This document shows, piece after piece, positions 20,311 to 29,741 of a stretch of 55,088 bases of DNA; position 1 is the stretch's first letter, and every line of letters starts with the position of its first letter. Below the pieces are notes generated by a model. The model worked only from the letters and a program-made list of their open reading frames with translations, made no database searches and was not told where the DNA came from. The position numbers were made by a program, and so were the translations under genes. Origin of the DNA: Promethearchaeota archaeon (GTDB lineage: Archaea > Asgardarchaeota > Lokiarchaeia > Sigyniarchaeales > SOKP01); NCBI GenBank assembly GCA_016839585.1, contig JAEOTZ010000061.1, positions 1 through 55,088 of the forward strand, given 5' to 3'.

Positions 20311-20844
20311 ATGTGCCATAAAAAGAGCCAATCAAATTTAGATTTTAGATTTATGTCATTTTTCTTTAAAATTCGTGATTTTTTTAAATCACCTATGAAA
20401 AAAGTAGATAAAGCGGAGATAAAATCAGGAGTTTTTGTCCTTGATTATGGATGTGGACCTGGAAGTTATTCATTTGCAGCCGCAGAGATTGTAGGTCCAA
20501 GTGGCAAAATATTTGCTGCAGATATACACCCTTTTGCGATTAAAAAAGTAAATAGAAAAGCAATGAAAAAAGGGTTAGAAAATATAATAACTATCGAAAC
20601 AGATTGTAAAACTGGGCTAGATGATAATTCTATAGACGTTATTATATGTTTTGATGTTTTACATAATATTGAAGATAAAGAATGTATATTAAAAGAATTT
20701 CATCGTATCTTAAAGCTAAATTCAAGACTCTCTTTTGATGATCACCATATGAATGAAAATGAGATAATTGAAACAATAACAGCGCAAGGTTTATTTAAAC
20801 TAGTTGAGAAGAAAGAAAAAATCTATAATTTCTCTAAGATTTAA
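20311..20844 (+). CDS. Class I SAM-dependent methyltransferase (UbiE-like)
   Basis: VLDYGCGPG, IFAADIH, DNSIDVI and LKEFHRILK. Confidence 0.9.
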   Translation: MCHKKSQSNLDFRFMSFFFKIRDFFKSPMKKVDKAEIKSGVFVLDYGCGPGSYSFAAAEIVGPSGKIFAADIHPFAIKKVNRKAMKKGLENIITIETDCKTGLDDNSIDVIICFDVLHNIEDKECILKEFHRILKLNSRLSFDDHHMNENEIIETITAQGLFKLVEKKEKIYNFSKI

Positions 20845-20847
20845 TTA

Positions 20848-21237
20848 TCAATAAAATTCATCTAATATCCGTTGAATATAAGTTTCTAATTGGTCCAAAA
20901 TTAATCCAATTTTAGATTCATCATTGATTATAAGTGTTAGAAATGTTTTATCATCACATTTAAAAATCAAGATTGATTTTTTGTCTATTTCTGTTACGAT
21001 TTTTTTGATATTTCTATCATCTATAGTTCTACCTAGCTCTTCAGCACTTTCTAATACAGAAGCACACATGGAAGCAAATTTTTTTCCATTAATATCTTTA
21101 CTAATATTTTCTACAATAATACCTCCATCGTGATAGGTCAACAATATACCTTCTAATTTCCCTATCTGTCTCATTTCATCTAATATTAAGGTTAATTGAT
21201 CTAATTTTTGTAAATTAGAGTGATTCATTTTACTCAT
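20848..21237 (-). CDS. Roadblock/LC7 domain protein
   Basis: LEGILLTYHDGGII..FASMCASVLESAEELG; 129 aa. Confidence 0.8.
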   Translation of the reverse strand: MSKMNHSNLQKLDQLTLILDEMRQIGKLEGILLTYHDGGIIVENISKDINGKKFASMCASVLESAEELGRTIDDRNIKKIVTEIDKKSILIFKCDDKTFLTLIINDESKIGLILDQLETYIQRILDEFY

Positions 21238-21307
21238 TAAACTATAAACTTAATTTTTGAATTATATTAGGACAAATAATTAAAAATATTTAACTATTGT
21301 AATATAT

Positions 21308-22705
21308 GTGAGTATTGTGAAATCAAATAATAATATTGAGAATATAGTAATAAAATCTAATAGGGAATTTCTTGAGAGTGAATTACTTCCTTTTTTAAGA
21401 ATTCCAAGTAATACACTCAATAAGGAAGGAATTAATCAAGCAAAAGACTATATTATTTCTTATATTTCAGGATTTTGTAAAGAGATAAAAGAAATTGAAG
21501 GAGAAATTAACCCTTTAATCTTAGCTAAAGTAGAGGGACAGATAAAAGATCCTTTATTAATATACATGATGTACGATACTCAACCTGTCAATAAAGAAAA
21601 AGAATGGATTAGTGAACCCTTTGGCGCTGAAATCCATAAATTTCCTCCGCCACTAGATATGTTAGGAGATTGTATTATAGCGAGAGGGGCATATAATTCA
21701 AAAACTCCTTTATTATGTGTTTTAAATATAATAAAAATATTGAAAGAAAATAATCAATTACCCATATCATTAGTATTACTTTTTGATGGTGAAGAAGAGA
21801 TTGGTTCACCTTCACTCCTAAAATTTATTAAAACTAACAGAAAGATATTTGAGAATTGTATTGATGCCTATTACCCATCGACTAAACAAGATTTAAATGG
21901 AATTTCAGTTTTGAAATTAGGTTATAAAGGTATTTTATCCCTAACAATTAAAGTCAAATCGAAAAATAAAGAGCCCCATTCTGCCTTTAGTGCTATGATT
22001 GTTAACCCCGCCATTGAGTTAATCTCTCTCATTAATAGTATATATTCTAAAAATGAATTTCATATTGATTGTCTTAAAGAACCATATAAAATTACTAATA
22101 ACGAGCAATTACTTATAGAAAATTTAATAAAACAATTAGACCTCGAAAAAATTAAATATAAAGCGGGAATAGTACAAGTTATTGAAGAAGATCCCAAAAA
22201 AGCTTTTATTAATTATCTTTTTAAGCCAACATTTAATATTTCTACATTAAAATCTGGATATTTAGAAAAGGGTATAAAAAATATGGTCCCTAATCAAGCC
22301 ATATGTAATATAGATATCAGATTCGCCCATAGAGTTTCTGTTGATGAAATTTATAAAGAAATTAAAGAAAAAGTTGAATTATTTGCCACAAAATCAAAGT
22401 GTCAAATCGAATTGATAAAAAATATTGGGTACGATGGTTCAAGAGTAAAAGAGGAATCAATTTTAGTAAAGAGTCTAATTGAAAGTTTTAAAGAATTTAA
22501 TACTGAAATCTGGCCAATAAGTGCTGCTGCTGCTCCTTTAAGTATGATTAATAAAGAAATGGGACTAAACTTCATAACTGGTGGTTTAGGAATAGGAGGT
22601 TTTGCCCATTCTCCAAATGAATTTATACAATTTGATTCAATTATTAATACAAGGCTCTCGAATTATTATTTTCTTAAAAACTATTCAGAATCATTTAAGA
22701 AATGA
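21308..22705 (+). CDS. M20/M25/M40 family metallopeptidase/amidohydrolase
   Basis: YDTQP, W..EPF, ARGA..SK, DGEEEIGS, LGYKG and AHSPNE. Confidence 0.85.
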   Translation: MSIVKSNNNIENIVIKSNREFLESELLPFLRIPSNTLNKEGINQAKDYIISYISGFCKEIKEIEGEINPLILAKVEGQIKDPLLIYMMYDTQPVNKEKEWISEPFGAEIHKFPPPLDMLGDCIIARGAYNSKTPLLCVLNIIKILKENNQLPISLVLLFDGEEEIGSPSLLKFIKTNRKIFENCIDAYYPSTKQDLNGISVLKLGYKGILSLTIKVKSKNKEPHSAFSAMIVNPAIELISLINSIYSKNEFHIDCLKEPYKITNNEQLLIENLIKQLDLEKIKYKAGIVQVIEEDPKKAFINYLFKPTFNISTLKSGYLEKGIKNMVPNQAICNIDIRFAHRVSVDEIYKEIKEKVELFATKSKCQIELIKNIGYDGSRVKEESILVKSLIESFKEFNTEIWPISAAAAPLSMINKEMGLNFITGGLGIGGFAHSPNEFIQFDSIINTRLSNYYFLKNYSESFKK

Positions 22706-22947
22706 AAATTAAAAGATTTTGCTATTACTTAAAAATTTTTTTTATAAAAAATTATACATGAATTTAAAGCTATTTTTAACTTTTTCTAATACTAAATACT
22801 TTTAAGAATTAAATTTATTAAAATTATAAAATTAAAAATATTAATTAGATAAAATACCTAAGCTTAAATCATTTAGATTTAACCCTTATTATAAAAAAAT
22901 TTTACCGAACTAATTTTTTCAATATTGATCTTAGGAGTGACAAATTA

Positions 22948-23481
22948 ATGGCTGATGCGATGTTTAAAGTATGCATTTTCGGCGATGGGGGCGTAGGGAA
23001 GACAACGTTAGTAAATCGATACATGACTGGTGTTTTTAAAGGTGATTCGACAATGACAATTGGGGTAGATTTTCATGTAAAGAAATTAGAGATTAATAGA
23101 TTGAACGTATCATTACAAATATGGGATTTTGCTGGTGAAGATAGATTTAGATTCCTCCTTCCTAGTTATGTTATTGGAGCTTCAGGAGGAATTTTTATGT
23201 ATGATATAACCAGGTATTCTAGCTTAAAAAATTTTGATGATTGGTTAGATATTTTTAAAAGAGCTTATACAGGTAAGGAACGGCAAATCCCCGTTATAAT
23301 GGTAGGTGGGAAATCAGATCTCCAGTATAAACGAGCAGTATCCAGTAATGATGCTTTCGAATTAGCAAAAAAAAACAATTTATATGGATTTGTTGAATGT
23401 TCAGCAAAAAATGGTGAAAATATAGACGATATTTTCATCGAAATTGGTCGATTAATGATGAGAAGATCAGGGTTAATTTAA
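22948..23481 (+). CDS. Rab-like small GTPase (Ras superfamily)
   Basis: GDGGVGKT, TIGVDF, WDFAGE, GKSD and SAK motifs; no C-terminal prenylation Cys. Confidence 0.95.
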   Translation: MADAMFKVCIFGDGGVGKTTLVNRYMTGVFKGDSTMTIGVDFHVKKLEINRLNVSLQIWDFAGEDRFRFLLPSYVIGASGGIFMYDITRYSSLKNFDDWLDIFKRAYTGKERQIPVIMVGGKSDLQYKRAVSSNDAFELAKKNNLYGFVECSAKNGENIDDIFIEIGRLMMRRSGLI

Positions 23482-23486
23482 CCAGA

Positions 23487-24332
23487 CTATTTTTTAAATA
23501 TCTCATCTAATGAATTAATCACTAAATCTGGGATTAGATTTTCATCAAACTCTACTAAATTTTTAACTTTATTTTTTATATCATTTATCATAACTTTTGT
23601 AGTAACTCCCGTCAAAACTGCAATTGTTTTAATACCAGCACGATTACCTGCTAATATGTCAGTTTCTATACGATCTCCAAATATAGCTACTTTTTTCGGA
23701 GGTATTGTTGTATCTTCTAGAATTAGATTGATTCCAAGTGGTGAGGGCTTTCCAAAGATCTTTATAGGTTTTCTAGCGGTGCAGGTTTCAATAGCTTTAA
23801 CCATAACTCCTGCTCCTGGTAAAAATCCTCTAGAAGCAGGTAAGGTTGGGTCGGTATTTGTTGCATAAAATTGAGCATTCCCTTCTAAGATGCATTTCTG
23901 GGCTATAGCCAAGTCTTTATAAGTCAGATTACGGCAAAGTCCTACTATTACAAAATCAATATCATTATAATTGGGAGGATCTTCAATAACCTTATGACCC
24001 TTCAATTTCAATTCTTTTCTAATTCCTTTTTCTCCAATTACAAATATATTTGCATTTTTCTTTATTTTAGTGATTTCGGAAGCACTTATTGACGCACTGG
24101 TATAAAAATCATCTATTTCTGTTAATATATCAAATTTTTTTAACCTATCAACATACATTTGCCTAGTTGCAGTAGAATTATTAGAATTATATACAACTTT
24201 TATTAAGAGATCTTTTAAATCTTGTATAACTTTATCAGCACTCGGTATTAGCGTTTCTCCCCGATATATTACACCATCTAAGTCAAAAATTGCTAATTTG
24301 ATATTTTCTAAATCATCTATTAATTTTCTCAT
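23487..24332 (-). CDS. HAD-superfamily IIA hydrolase (NagD-like)
   Basis: FDLDGV, SNNS, GKPSP and GDRIETDI. Confidence 0.9.
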   Translation of the reverse strand: MRKLIDDLENIKLAIFDLDGVIYRGETLIPSADKVIQDLKDLLIKVVYNSNNSTATRQMYVDRLKKFDILTEIDDFYTSASISASEITKIKKNANIFVIGEKGIRKELKLKGHKVIEDPPNYNDIDFVIVGLCRNLTYKDLAIAQKCILEGNAQFYATNTDPTLPASRGFLPGAGVMVKAIETCTARKPIKIFGKPSPLGINLILEDTTIPPKKVAIFGDRIETDILAGNRAGIKTIAVLTGVTTKVMINDIKNKVKNLVEFDENLIPDLVINSLDEIFKK

Positions 24333-24370
24333 AAGAATATTTCTTAAATCACTTTACTTTTTATATGTAT

Positions 24371-25528
24371 TTAAAAAAACCATCCAACTGGTAATCCTAA
24401 TAGAACTATAAATAACTGGATTCCAATGGGGATTGCAATTGGATTCAAAATATTATCAGCCGTATATTTTGGAAAATAATCTGTTAAAAAGAAAATAAAT
24501 GCTCCGATTAAAGCATAAATTGGTCCTACAAGAACAAATCCGATGATATATGCTACAATGGTGCCAGCAAGAAAGCCCTCAACAGATTTAGTGCCTTTAC
24601 TTCTTACTTTAATTTTATGTTTTCCATATCGTCTTCCAATTAATGCCGCTGCAGCATCCGATAAACATGCAATAAGAATTCCTGAAAATACCGCTGCTAT
24701 ATGAATTAAATCTGCCATATAAAGCATATATGAAAAAATAAATCCTGTAATTATATAAATCTGTGGTCCTGCTGCATTTATCTCCTTATTCCTTAACATA
24801 GATCTTGTAAGAAAATTAAAAAGTGAATACTCCGGACCCCAAAGAATTCTAATCAGATCCGATATTAAAGCAAACATAAGAGCCCCAATTAAAGCCATCA
24901 TAGTAAGATCAACAATCGCTTGGAATTCCCCTGTACTATGGGAAAAAAGAGAAATGGGGCCCCATAGAAATTCATAAGCTGGTTCAATGTGATTAATTAA
25001 GAATATTACACTATCACTTACAATAAGAGTGACTGGATACAGAAAGAAGAATCCAAAATATGCTAAAATAAGAAGAAATCCCATTAAATGGAAACTCTTC
25101 CTAATCACTTCGTGTTTATATGATATCTCCTCTCTATAAGGATTTTCCTTTGTCATTTTTTCAACATATCTTTGTAATATTGCTTTTTTACCATAATTGC
25201 TACTCTCTGATCCTACATCTATACTTTCTGCTTGTAATTTCTTTTTTTGTTTTTTAATTAATAATGCAAAAACTATATTGACAACTAAAATTATCCAAAT
25301 CCACCAAACCATAAATCCATTATATGGATAGGGAAAAAATCTCGCAGTTGAATTGACATATCCAAAAATTAAAAACAAAATTCCACAAATTATAGTAGAA
25401 ATTCCACCATACCGATTTTTTGCTTTTAAACCTGTACGTCCGATATAAAGCATTATAAATGTTAGTAAAAAAAAAGAGAAAGACAATGTTGTATTATATA
25501 TTGCGTCAATTGCAGTCCAATAATCCAT
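24371..25528 (-). CDS. CTP-dependent polyprenol/diacylglycerol kinase family membrane protein (dolichol/phytol kinase-like)
   Basis: EVIRKSFH, LSDAAAALIGRRYGKH, KSVEG and DNILNP; multi-TM. Confidence 0.85.
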   Translation of the reverse strand: MDYWTAIDAIYNTTLSFSFFLLTFIMLYIGRTGLKAKNRYGGISTIICGILFLIFGYVNSTARFFPYPYNGFMVWWIWIILVVNIVFALLIKKQKKKLQAESIDVGSESSNYGKKAILQRYVEKMTKENPYREEISYKHEVIRKSFHLMGFLLILAYFGFFFLYPVTLIVSDSVIFLINHIEPAYEFLWGPISLFSHSTGEFQAIVDLTMMALIGALMFALISDLIRILWGPEYSLFNFLTRSMLRNKEINAAGPQIYIITGFIFSYMLYMADLIHIAAVFSGILIACLSDAAAALIGRRYGKHKIKVRSKGTKSVEGFLAGTIVAYIIGFVLVGPIYALIGAFIFFLTDYFPKYTADNILNPIAIPIGIQLFIVLLGLPVGWFF

Positions 25529-25644
25529 AATTAATAACTAAAATATGATATTAATTATTGAAATAAGTAACAATCACATAATTATTCTTTGATTTACGAT
25601 GAAAGGATATATATAAGGAAGAAAAATATAATAATAACAATTTC

Positions 25645-26706
25645 ATGACAGTAAAAAAGGGTGTTTCTACAAGAGTATTATCAAGGGAAAAAACTAGAAA
25701 AATTCCTTTATATTGTACAGGATATCCAGAATCTCAGTTTATAGAAAATTACATGGAAATCTATAAGCCTAAACTGAACTCCAATGAAAAATTTATTCTA
25801 AATGGAAGAGATTATAATCTTATAAGGCAAATGGGATTTGATGCTATTTCTTTATGGGATTTTAGGCGAGGAAAAGGAGAATACAAATTATCGAATCAAC
25901 TAAGAGTAGATGGTTGGGGGCGTATTTATAAAAATAATTGGTATACCTGGACTGGTATTTTTAAAGATGAACAAACGATTGAAAATTGGACAAATTTGAA
26001 GTTACCTTCCAAAGATAAAATAAAAATATTGAAAAATTTCTTACAAAAAAATGAAGCAAAGCTTGATTTTGTATTATCTTTACCTGGCTTATTCGAAAAA
26101 ACTTGGCAGTCAATGGGGTTTAGCTTTTTCGCTAAATGCTTAAAATCCGATTATAAACTTGTTGAAAAAGTCTCAACTTTCTTTTTTACCTATGTTAAAG
26201 ATTTAATCTCGCTTTTACAATCCGTTGGAGCAAAATTATTCATTGTTGCAGATGATGTTGGATATAAAAATAGAGAATTTATCTCCAAGGATATATGGAA
26301 GAAATTGTTCTTTTCTAAATATAAAGACATTACTAACGTTATTCATGAAAAAAGTCAAAAAATTATTATCCATTCAGATGGATATATCTCTGAAATGATT
26401 AATCTTTTTATTAATATAGGATTTGATGCTGTACAGAGTTTAGAACCTAATGCAGGCGTGGATATTTTTAGTTTATTTGAAAAATATAATAAAAACATAT
26501 GTTTCATAGGTAACTTAGATATGTCCCTACTCTCATTTGGTACTCCTCATCAAGTTGAGAATTATGTGATAAGATTAATAACTAAAGCTGAAGAATCAAG
26601 TAGTCCATTGATCATTTCCCCAACGCATTTAATAAATTCAAAAACCAATCCTATAAATATTAAGACTATGATTGAAACTACAAAAAAATTTGAATTTAAG
26701 ATTTAA
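25645..26706 (+). CDS. Uroporphyrinogen decarboxylase (URO-D/MtaA) family protein
   Basis: DGWGR, VADDVGYK, HSDG and CFIGNLD. Confidence 0.85.
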   Translation: MTVKKGVSTRVLSREKTRKIPLYCTGYPESQFIENYMEIYKPKLNSNEKFILNGRDYNLIRQMGFDAISLWDFRRGKGEYKLSNQLRVDGWGRIYKNNWYTWTGIFKDEQTIENWTNLKLPSKDKIKILKNFLQKNEAKLDFVLSLPGLFEKTWQSMGFSFFAKCLKSDYKLVEKVSTFFFTYVKDLISLLQSVGAKLFIVADDVGYKNREFISKDIWKKLFFSKYKDITNVIHEKSQKIIIHSDGYISEMINLFINIGFDAVQSLEPNAGVDIFSLFEKYNKNICFIGNLDMSLLSFGTPHQVENYVIRLITKAEESSSPLIISPTHLINSKTNPINIKTMIETTKKFEFKI

Positions 26707-26906
26707 AAAAATTCTAATCTATCAAGTATTAAGTAATATTATATTATTACGGTATTTTTGAAATTTAATTAATAAAGAAATAATAATATAATTTATTAGA
26801 GTATATGTAATACAAAAAATTAAATAAAATTAAAATAAGTTAATTATATTAATATTAATTATTCTAATAACATCAATTATATCCCTAAACTAAAATTAAT
26901 AAAAAA

Positions 26907-27281
26907 TTGATTTCTATGGAAACTACTGAGAGCCTCGATGATATTTTGAAGAAATTATTAGCAGCTATTCCTGAGGTGAAAGCCGCCGCAATTGTTTCTG
27001 CTGAGGGTCTACCGATTGCTTCAGCCCTTCCTCAAGGCGTCGATGAGACCAGAATTGCCGCAATGACCGCTGCACTTCTCTCCTTAGCCGAAAGGTCAGT
27101 TATCGAGATGGAGAAAGGAGAATTCGATCAATTATATGTCAAGGGATCAGACGGCTACCTTTTAGTGCTACAAGCAGGTCCCAATGCTGTATTGACGGTT
27201 TCTACAACGAAAGATGTTAGGTTAGGATTAATATTTCTGGATTGCAAAAGAACTTGTGAGAAAATAGCAAAATTAATCTAA
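26907..27281 (+). CDS. Roadblock/LC7 (MglB-like) protein
   Basis: AAAIVSAEGLPIAS..DETRIAAMTAALLSLAER..LGLIFLD. Confidence 0.95.
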   Translation: MISMETTESLDDILKKLLAAIPEVKAAAIVSAEGLPIASALPQGVDETRIAAMTAALLSLAERSVIEMEKGEFDQLYVKGSDGYLLVLQAGPNAVLTVSTTKDVRLGLIFLDCKRTCEKIAKLI

Positions 27282-27405
27282 TTTCTTTATTCTTTTTGAA
27301 AGTTGGCATTTTTAGGATAAAACAATGTATAAAAACCACAAACTATTAATTTTTTAATACATTTTTTTCTACACAAAACGTTATCTACTTTTTAGGTACA
27401 TTGAT

Positions 27406-28011
27406 ATGTTTAAACTATATACAATTCAAAGTAAAGTTGAAATTCCACCATTTCTGTTTGATCAACCTAAAGAAACAAGTGCACGAATTATTTTGAGTGA
27501 AGATTATGAAGGGATCATTACAAGGGATTTTGGGTTTATTATAGCAGTTGTGGATATACTTTCTGTTTCACAGGGATTAGTAATACCTGGAAATGCTAAC
27601 ACATTTCATGAAGTTGAATTTACTATTTTAACATTCAAACCTAGTGTTGGTGAAGTTGTCGAGGGAACCATAGTAGAAGTAGTTGATTTTGGGAGTTTTT
27701 GCCGTCTTGGTCCCTTAGATGGATTAGTTCATGTCTCCCAAATCTGTGATGATTATATTTCTTATGAACAAGTTGGAAATCGATTTATTGGTAAAGAAAC
27801 GGGAAAAATCCTTGAAGTTAATGATATTGTTCGCGCAAGAATTATTGCTGTGTCTCTTGGTACAGGTAGAAGCGGAAAACTTGGATTAACAATGCGACAA
27901 AAGTTCTTGGGAAAAGAAGAGTGGATTCAGAATGATATAGAAGAAGAAGTTGCAGAAAAAGAAGAAAAAAAAAAAAAAGAAAGTGTTGAAGAAGAAAAAA
28001 ATAAAGAATAA
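27406..28011 (+). CDS. rpoE1: DNA-directed RNA polymerase subunit E' (Rpo7)
   Basis: IPP..F, GEVVEG, FG.F.RLGPLDGLVHVSQI (S1 domain) and KLGLTMRQ..LGK.EW. Confidence 0.95.
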   Translation: MFKLYTIQSKVEIPPFLFDQPKETSARIILSEDYEGIITRDFGFIIAVVDILSVSQGLVIPGNANTFHEVEFTILTFKPSVGEVVEGTIVEVVDFGSFCRLGPLDGLVHVSQICDDYISYEQVGNRFIGKETGKILEVNDIVRARIIAVSLGTGRSGKLGLTMRQKFLGKEEWIQNDIEEEVAEKEEKKKKESVEEEKNKE

Positions 28012-28037
28012 TAAATATTATCAATTAAGTGTGAATC

Positions 28038-28226
28038 ATGAAAGAGAAGGCATGCAAAAATTGTCATTTAATAACAAAAAATGAAACTATATGCCCTAAA
28101 TGCAAGACACATACTCTAAGTGAAGATTTCACTGGAGAGGTCATAATAATAAATCCTAAGGAATCTAAGTTCGCGGAATATCTTAAGATCCATTTGCCCG
28201 GAAAATACGCCTTAAGAGTACGCTAA
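28038..28226 (+). CDS. spt4: Transcription elongation factor Spt4 (RpoE'')
   Basis: KACKNC..CPKC..SEDFTG..PGKYALRVR. Confidence 0.95.
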   Translation: MKEKACKNCHLITKNETICPKCKTHTLSEDFTGEVIIINPKESKFAEYLKIHLPGKYALRVR

Positions 28227-28251
28227 AATCATAAACCTAATTAGCGTATTT

Positions 28252-28272
28252 TACGCATTAAGAGTTAGATAA
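28252..28272 (+). repeat. Recoded duplicate of the last 7 codons of spt4 (YALRVR*)
   Basis: TAC GCA TTA AGA GTT AGA TAA versus the gene end TAC GCC TTA AGA GTA CGC TAA (28206-28226). Confidence 0.75.
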
Positions 28273-28366
28273 TTTATTCTATAACTATTAAATAGTTATA
28301 ATTGGTATAGATTTTAATTTCTAAGTAAAGATTTTAATAAAAATATCATTAAAGATATTGATTTAA

Positions 28367-28954
28367 ATGGATTATAATTTTAAAGTACCTGAAAATTTAA
28401 GATTTAAGTTTGCTGAACCTTTAGATATTTTAATTGCTGGAACACGGGATGAAACACTTACTCAGGTAGAAGACATTTTTAGAGAGTTTTTAAAAACCAA
28501 TAAAAATCCTAATTTTTATATAGTAGGAGATATAGTAGCAAAAGATTTTTTTGCTAATAAATTTTTAAAATCTTTCATTAAAGTTTGCATTATCGATGAA
28601 AAAACTCAGAGAAATCGGATTGAGATAAATTTTAAAGGATTCTTTGAAGAAATCATTGAATTTCAAAATCCTAAAGGAACAATTCAGAAAGAAAGTTGGG
28701 ATCTTTTTAAATCAATTATTGTTTCTGATAAAAGAACTTTAATTAAAATAACAGAAGGAGAAGAAGATTTATTAGTTCTACCACTTGTATTAGGACTTCC
28801 TATAAAAGAGCAAGTTAAAAATTTTGTTTTTTACGGGCAACCTCCAATAACTGATTCAGAATTTACAATTCCAGAGGGCATTGTAATTGTGGATGTGGAT
28901 GAGAAAATTCAAAATCAAGTGAAAGACACAATCAAATTAATGGAAAAGTTTTAG
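28367..28954 (+). CDS. GTP-dependent dephospho-CoA kinase (DUF359)
   Basis: VGDIV, IIDEKTQR, NPKGTI, GEEDLLVLP and YGQP; conserved position after spt4. Confidence 0.9.
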   Translation: MDYNFKVPENLRFKFAEPLDILIAGTRDETLTQVEDIFREFLKTNKNPNFYIVGDIVAKDFFANKFLKSFIKVCIIDEKTQRNRIEINFKGFFEEIIEFQNPKGTIQKESWDLFKSIIVSDKRTLIKITEGEEDLLVLPLVLGLPIKEQVKNFVFYGQPPITDSEFTIPEGIVIVDVDEKIQNQVKDTIKLMEKF

Positions 28955-29047
28955 AGAATAAAACAAAAATTTTATTTTTTATCTTTTCTTTTAAATTTTA
29001 TAACTATAGATTAATCTCTAAATTTTCCGAAAAATGAGAGGTTCAAA

Positions 29048-29404
29048 ATGCCATATACCATAGAAATATTGGAAGAAAAGAAAAATCCCTTAATAGACAG
29101 AGTTGAAATCAAATTTCGAGTAGATCATTTTGCAGCTGGTACGCCAAATAGATTAGATATAAAGAAGAAGATTTCTACCATGAAGAAATCAAATAAAAAT
29201 CTTACGATAATAAAAGAATTAAAGACACATTTTGGGGCATCATACGCTATAGGAAAAGTAAATATATATGAAAATGCAAAAGAGCTTCAATTTTTTGAAC
29301 CTTTTCATATTCAAGTTCGCAATCTTGATAAAGAGAAAAGAACAGAAATATATAAATTAAAAAAGAGAAAAGAATCATACAAACATCTTTTTGAATATGA
29401 ATAA
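29048..29404 (+). CDS. rps24e: 30S ribosomal protein S24e
   Basis: NPLIDRVE, GTPNR and THFG; conserved gene order. Confidence 0.95.
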   Translation: MPYTIEILEEKKNPLIDRVEIKFRVDHFAAGTPNRLDIKKKISTMKKSNKNLTIIKELKTHFGASYAIGKVNIYENAKELQFFEPFHIQVRNLDKEKRTEIYKLKKRKESYKHLFEYE

Positions 29405-29412
29405 TTAATATA

Positions 29413-29664
29413 ATGATTAAAAAAATGACAGATATATCAAAATTTTATAAAATTGAAGGAGATAAGTTAGTTAGAACTCATAGATCATGTCCAAAATGTG
29501 GTCCAAGTTATTTCCTAGCAGATCATTACGATAGATGGGTATGCGGGCATTGTGCTTATACAGTTTTTAAGAGGAAGGGGAAAAAAGCTGCCGCAGGAGC
29601 TAAAGGAAAAGCAAAAGTAGCAAGGAGAACCCCTCGAAAGCGTGTTAAATCAATGGATAGTTAA
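29413..29664 (+). CDS. rps27ae: 30S ribosomal protein S27ae
   Basis: CPKCG..FLADH.DR..CGHC zinc finger, with a basic C-terminal tail. Confidence 0.95.
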   Translation: MIKKMTDISKFYKIEGDKLVRTHRSCPKCGPSYFLADHYDRWVCGHCAYTVFKRKGKKAAAGAKGKAKVARRTPRKRVKSMDS

Positions 29665-29741
29665 ATTGAACTTTGAAAAATAACAAAACTAGTTCCTATA
29701 AAGTTCGTATAATTCTTTCTTTTTAAATAATTAGGTTAGAG

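Noticed and set aside
27965-27978. A14 homopolymer in rpoE1 as a phase-variation or frameshift site
   Set aside because: It encodes part of a K/E-rich tail after the conserved domain; the frame is intact.
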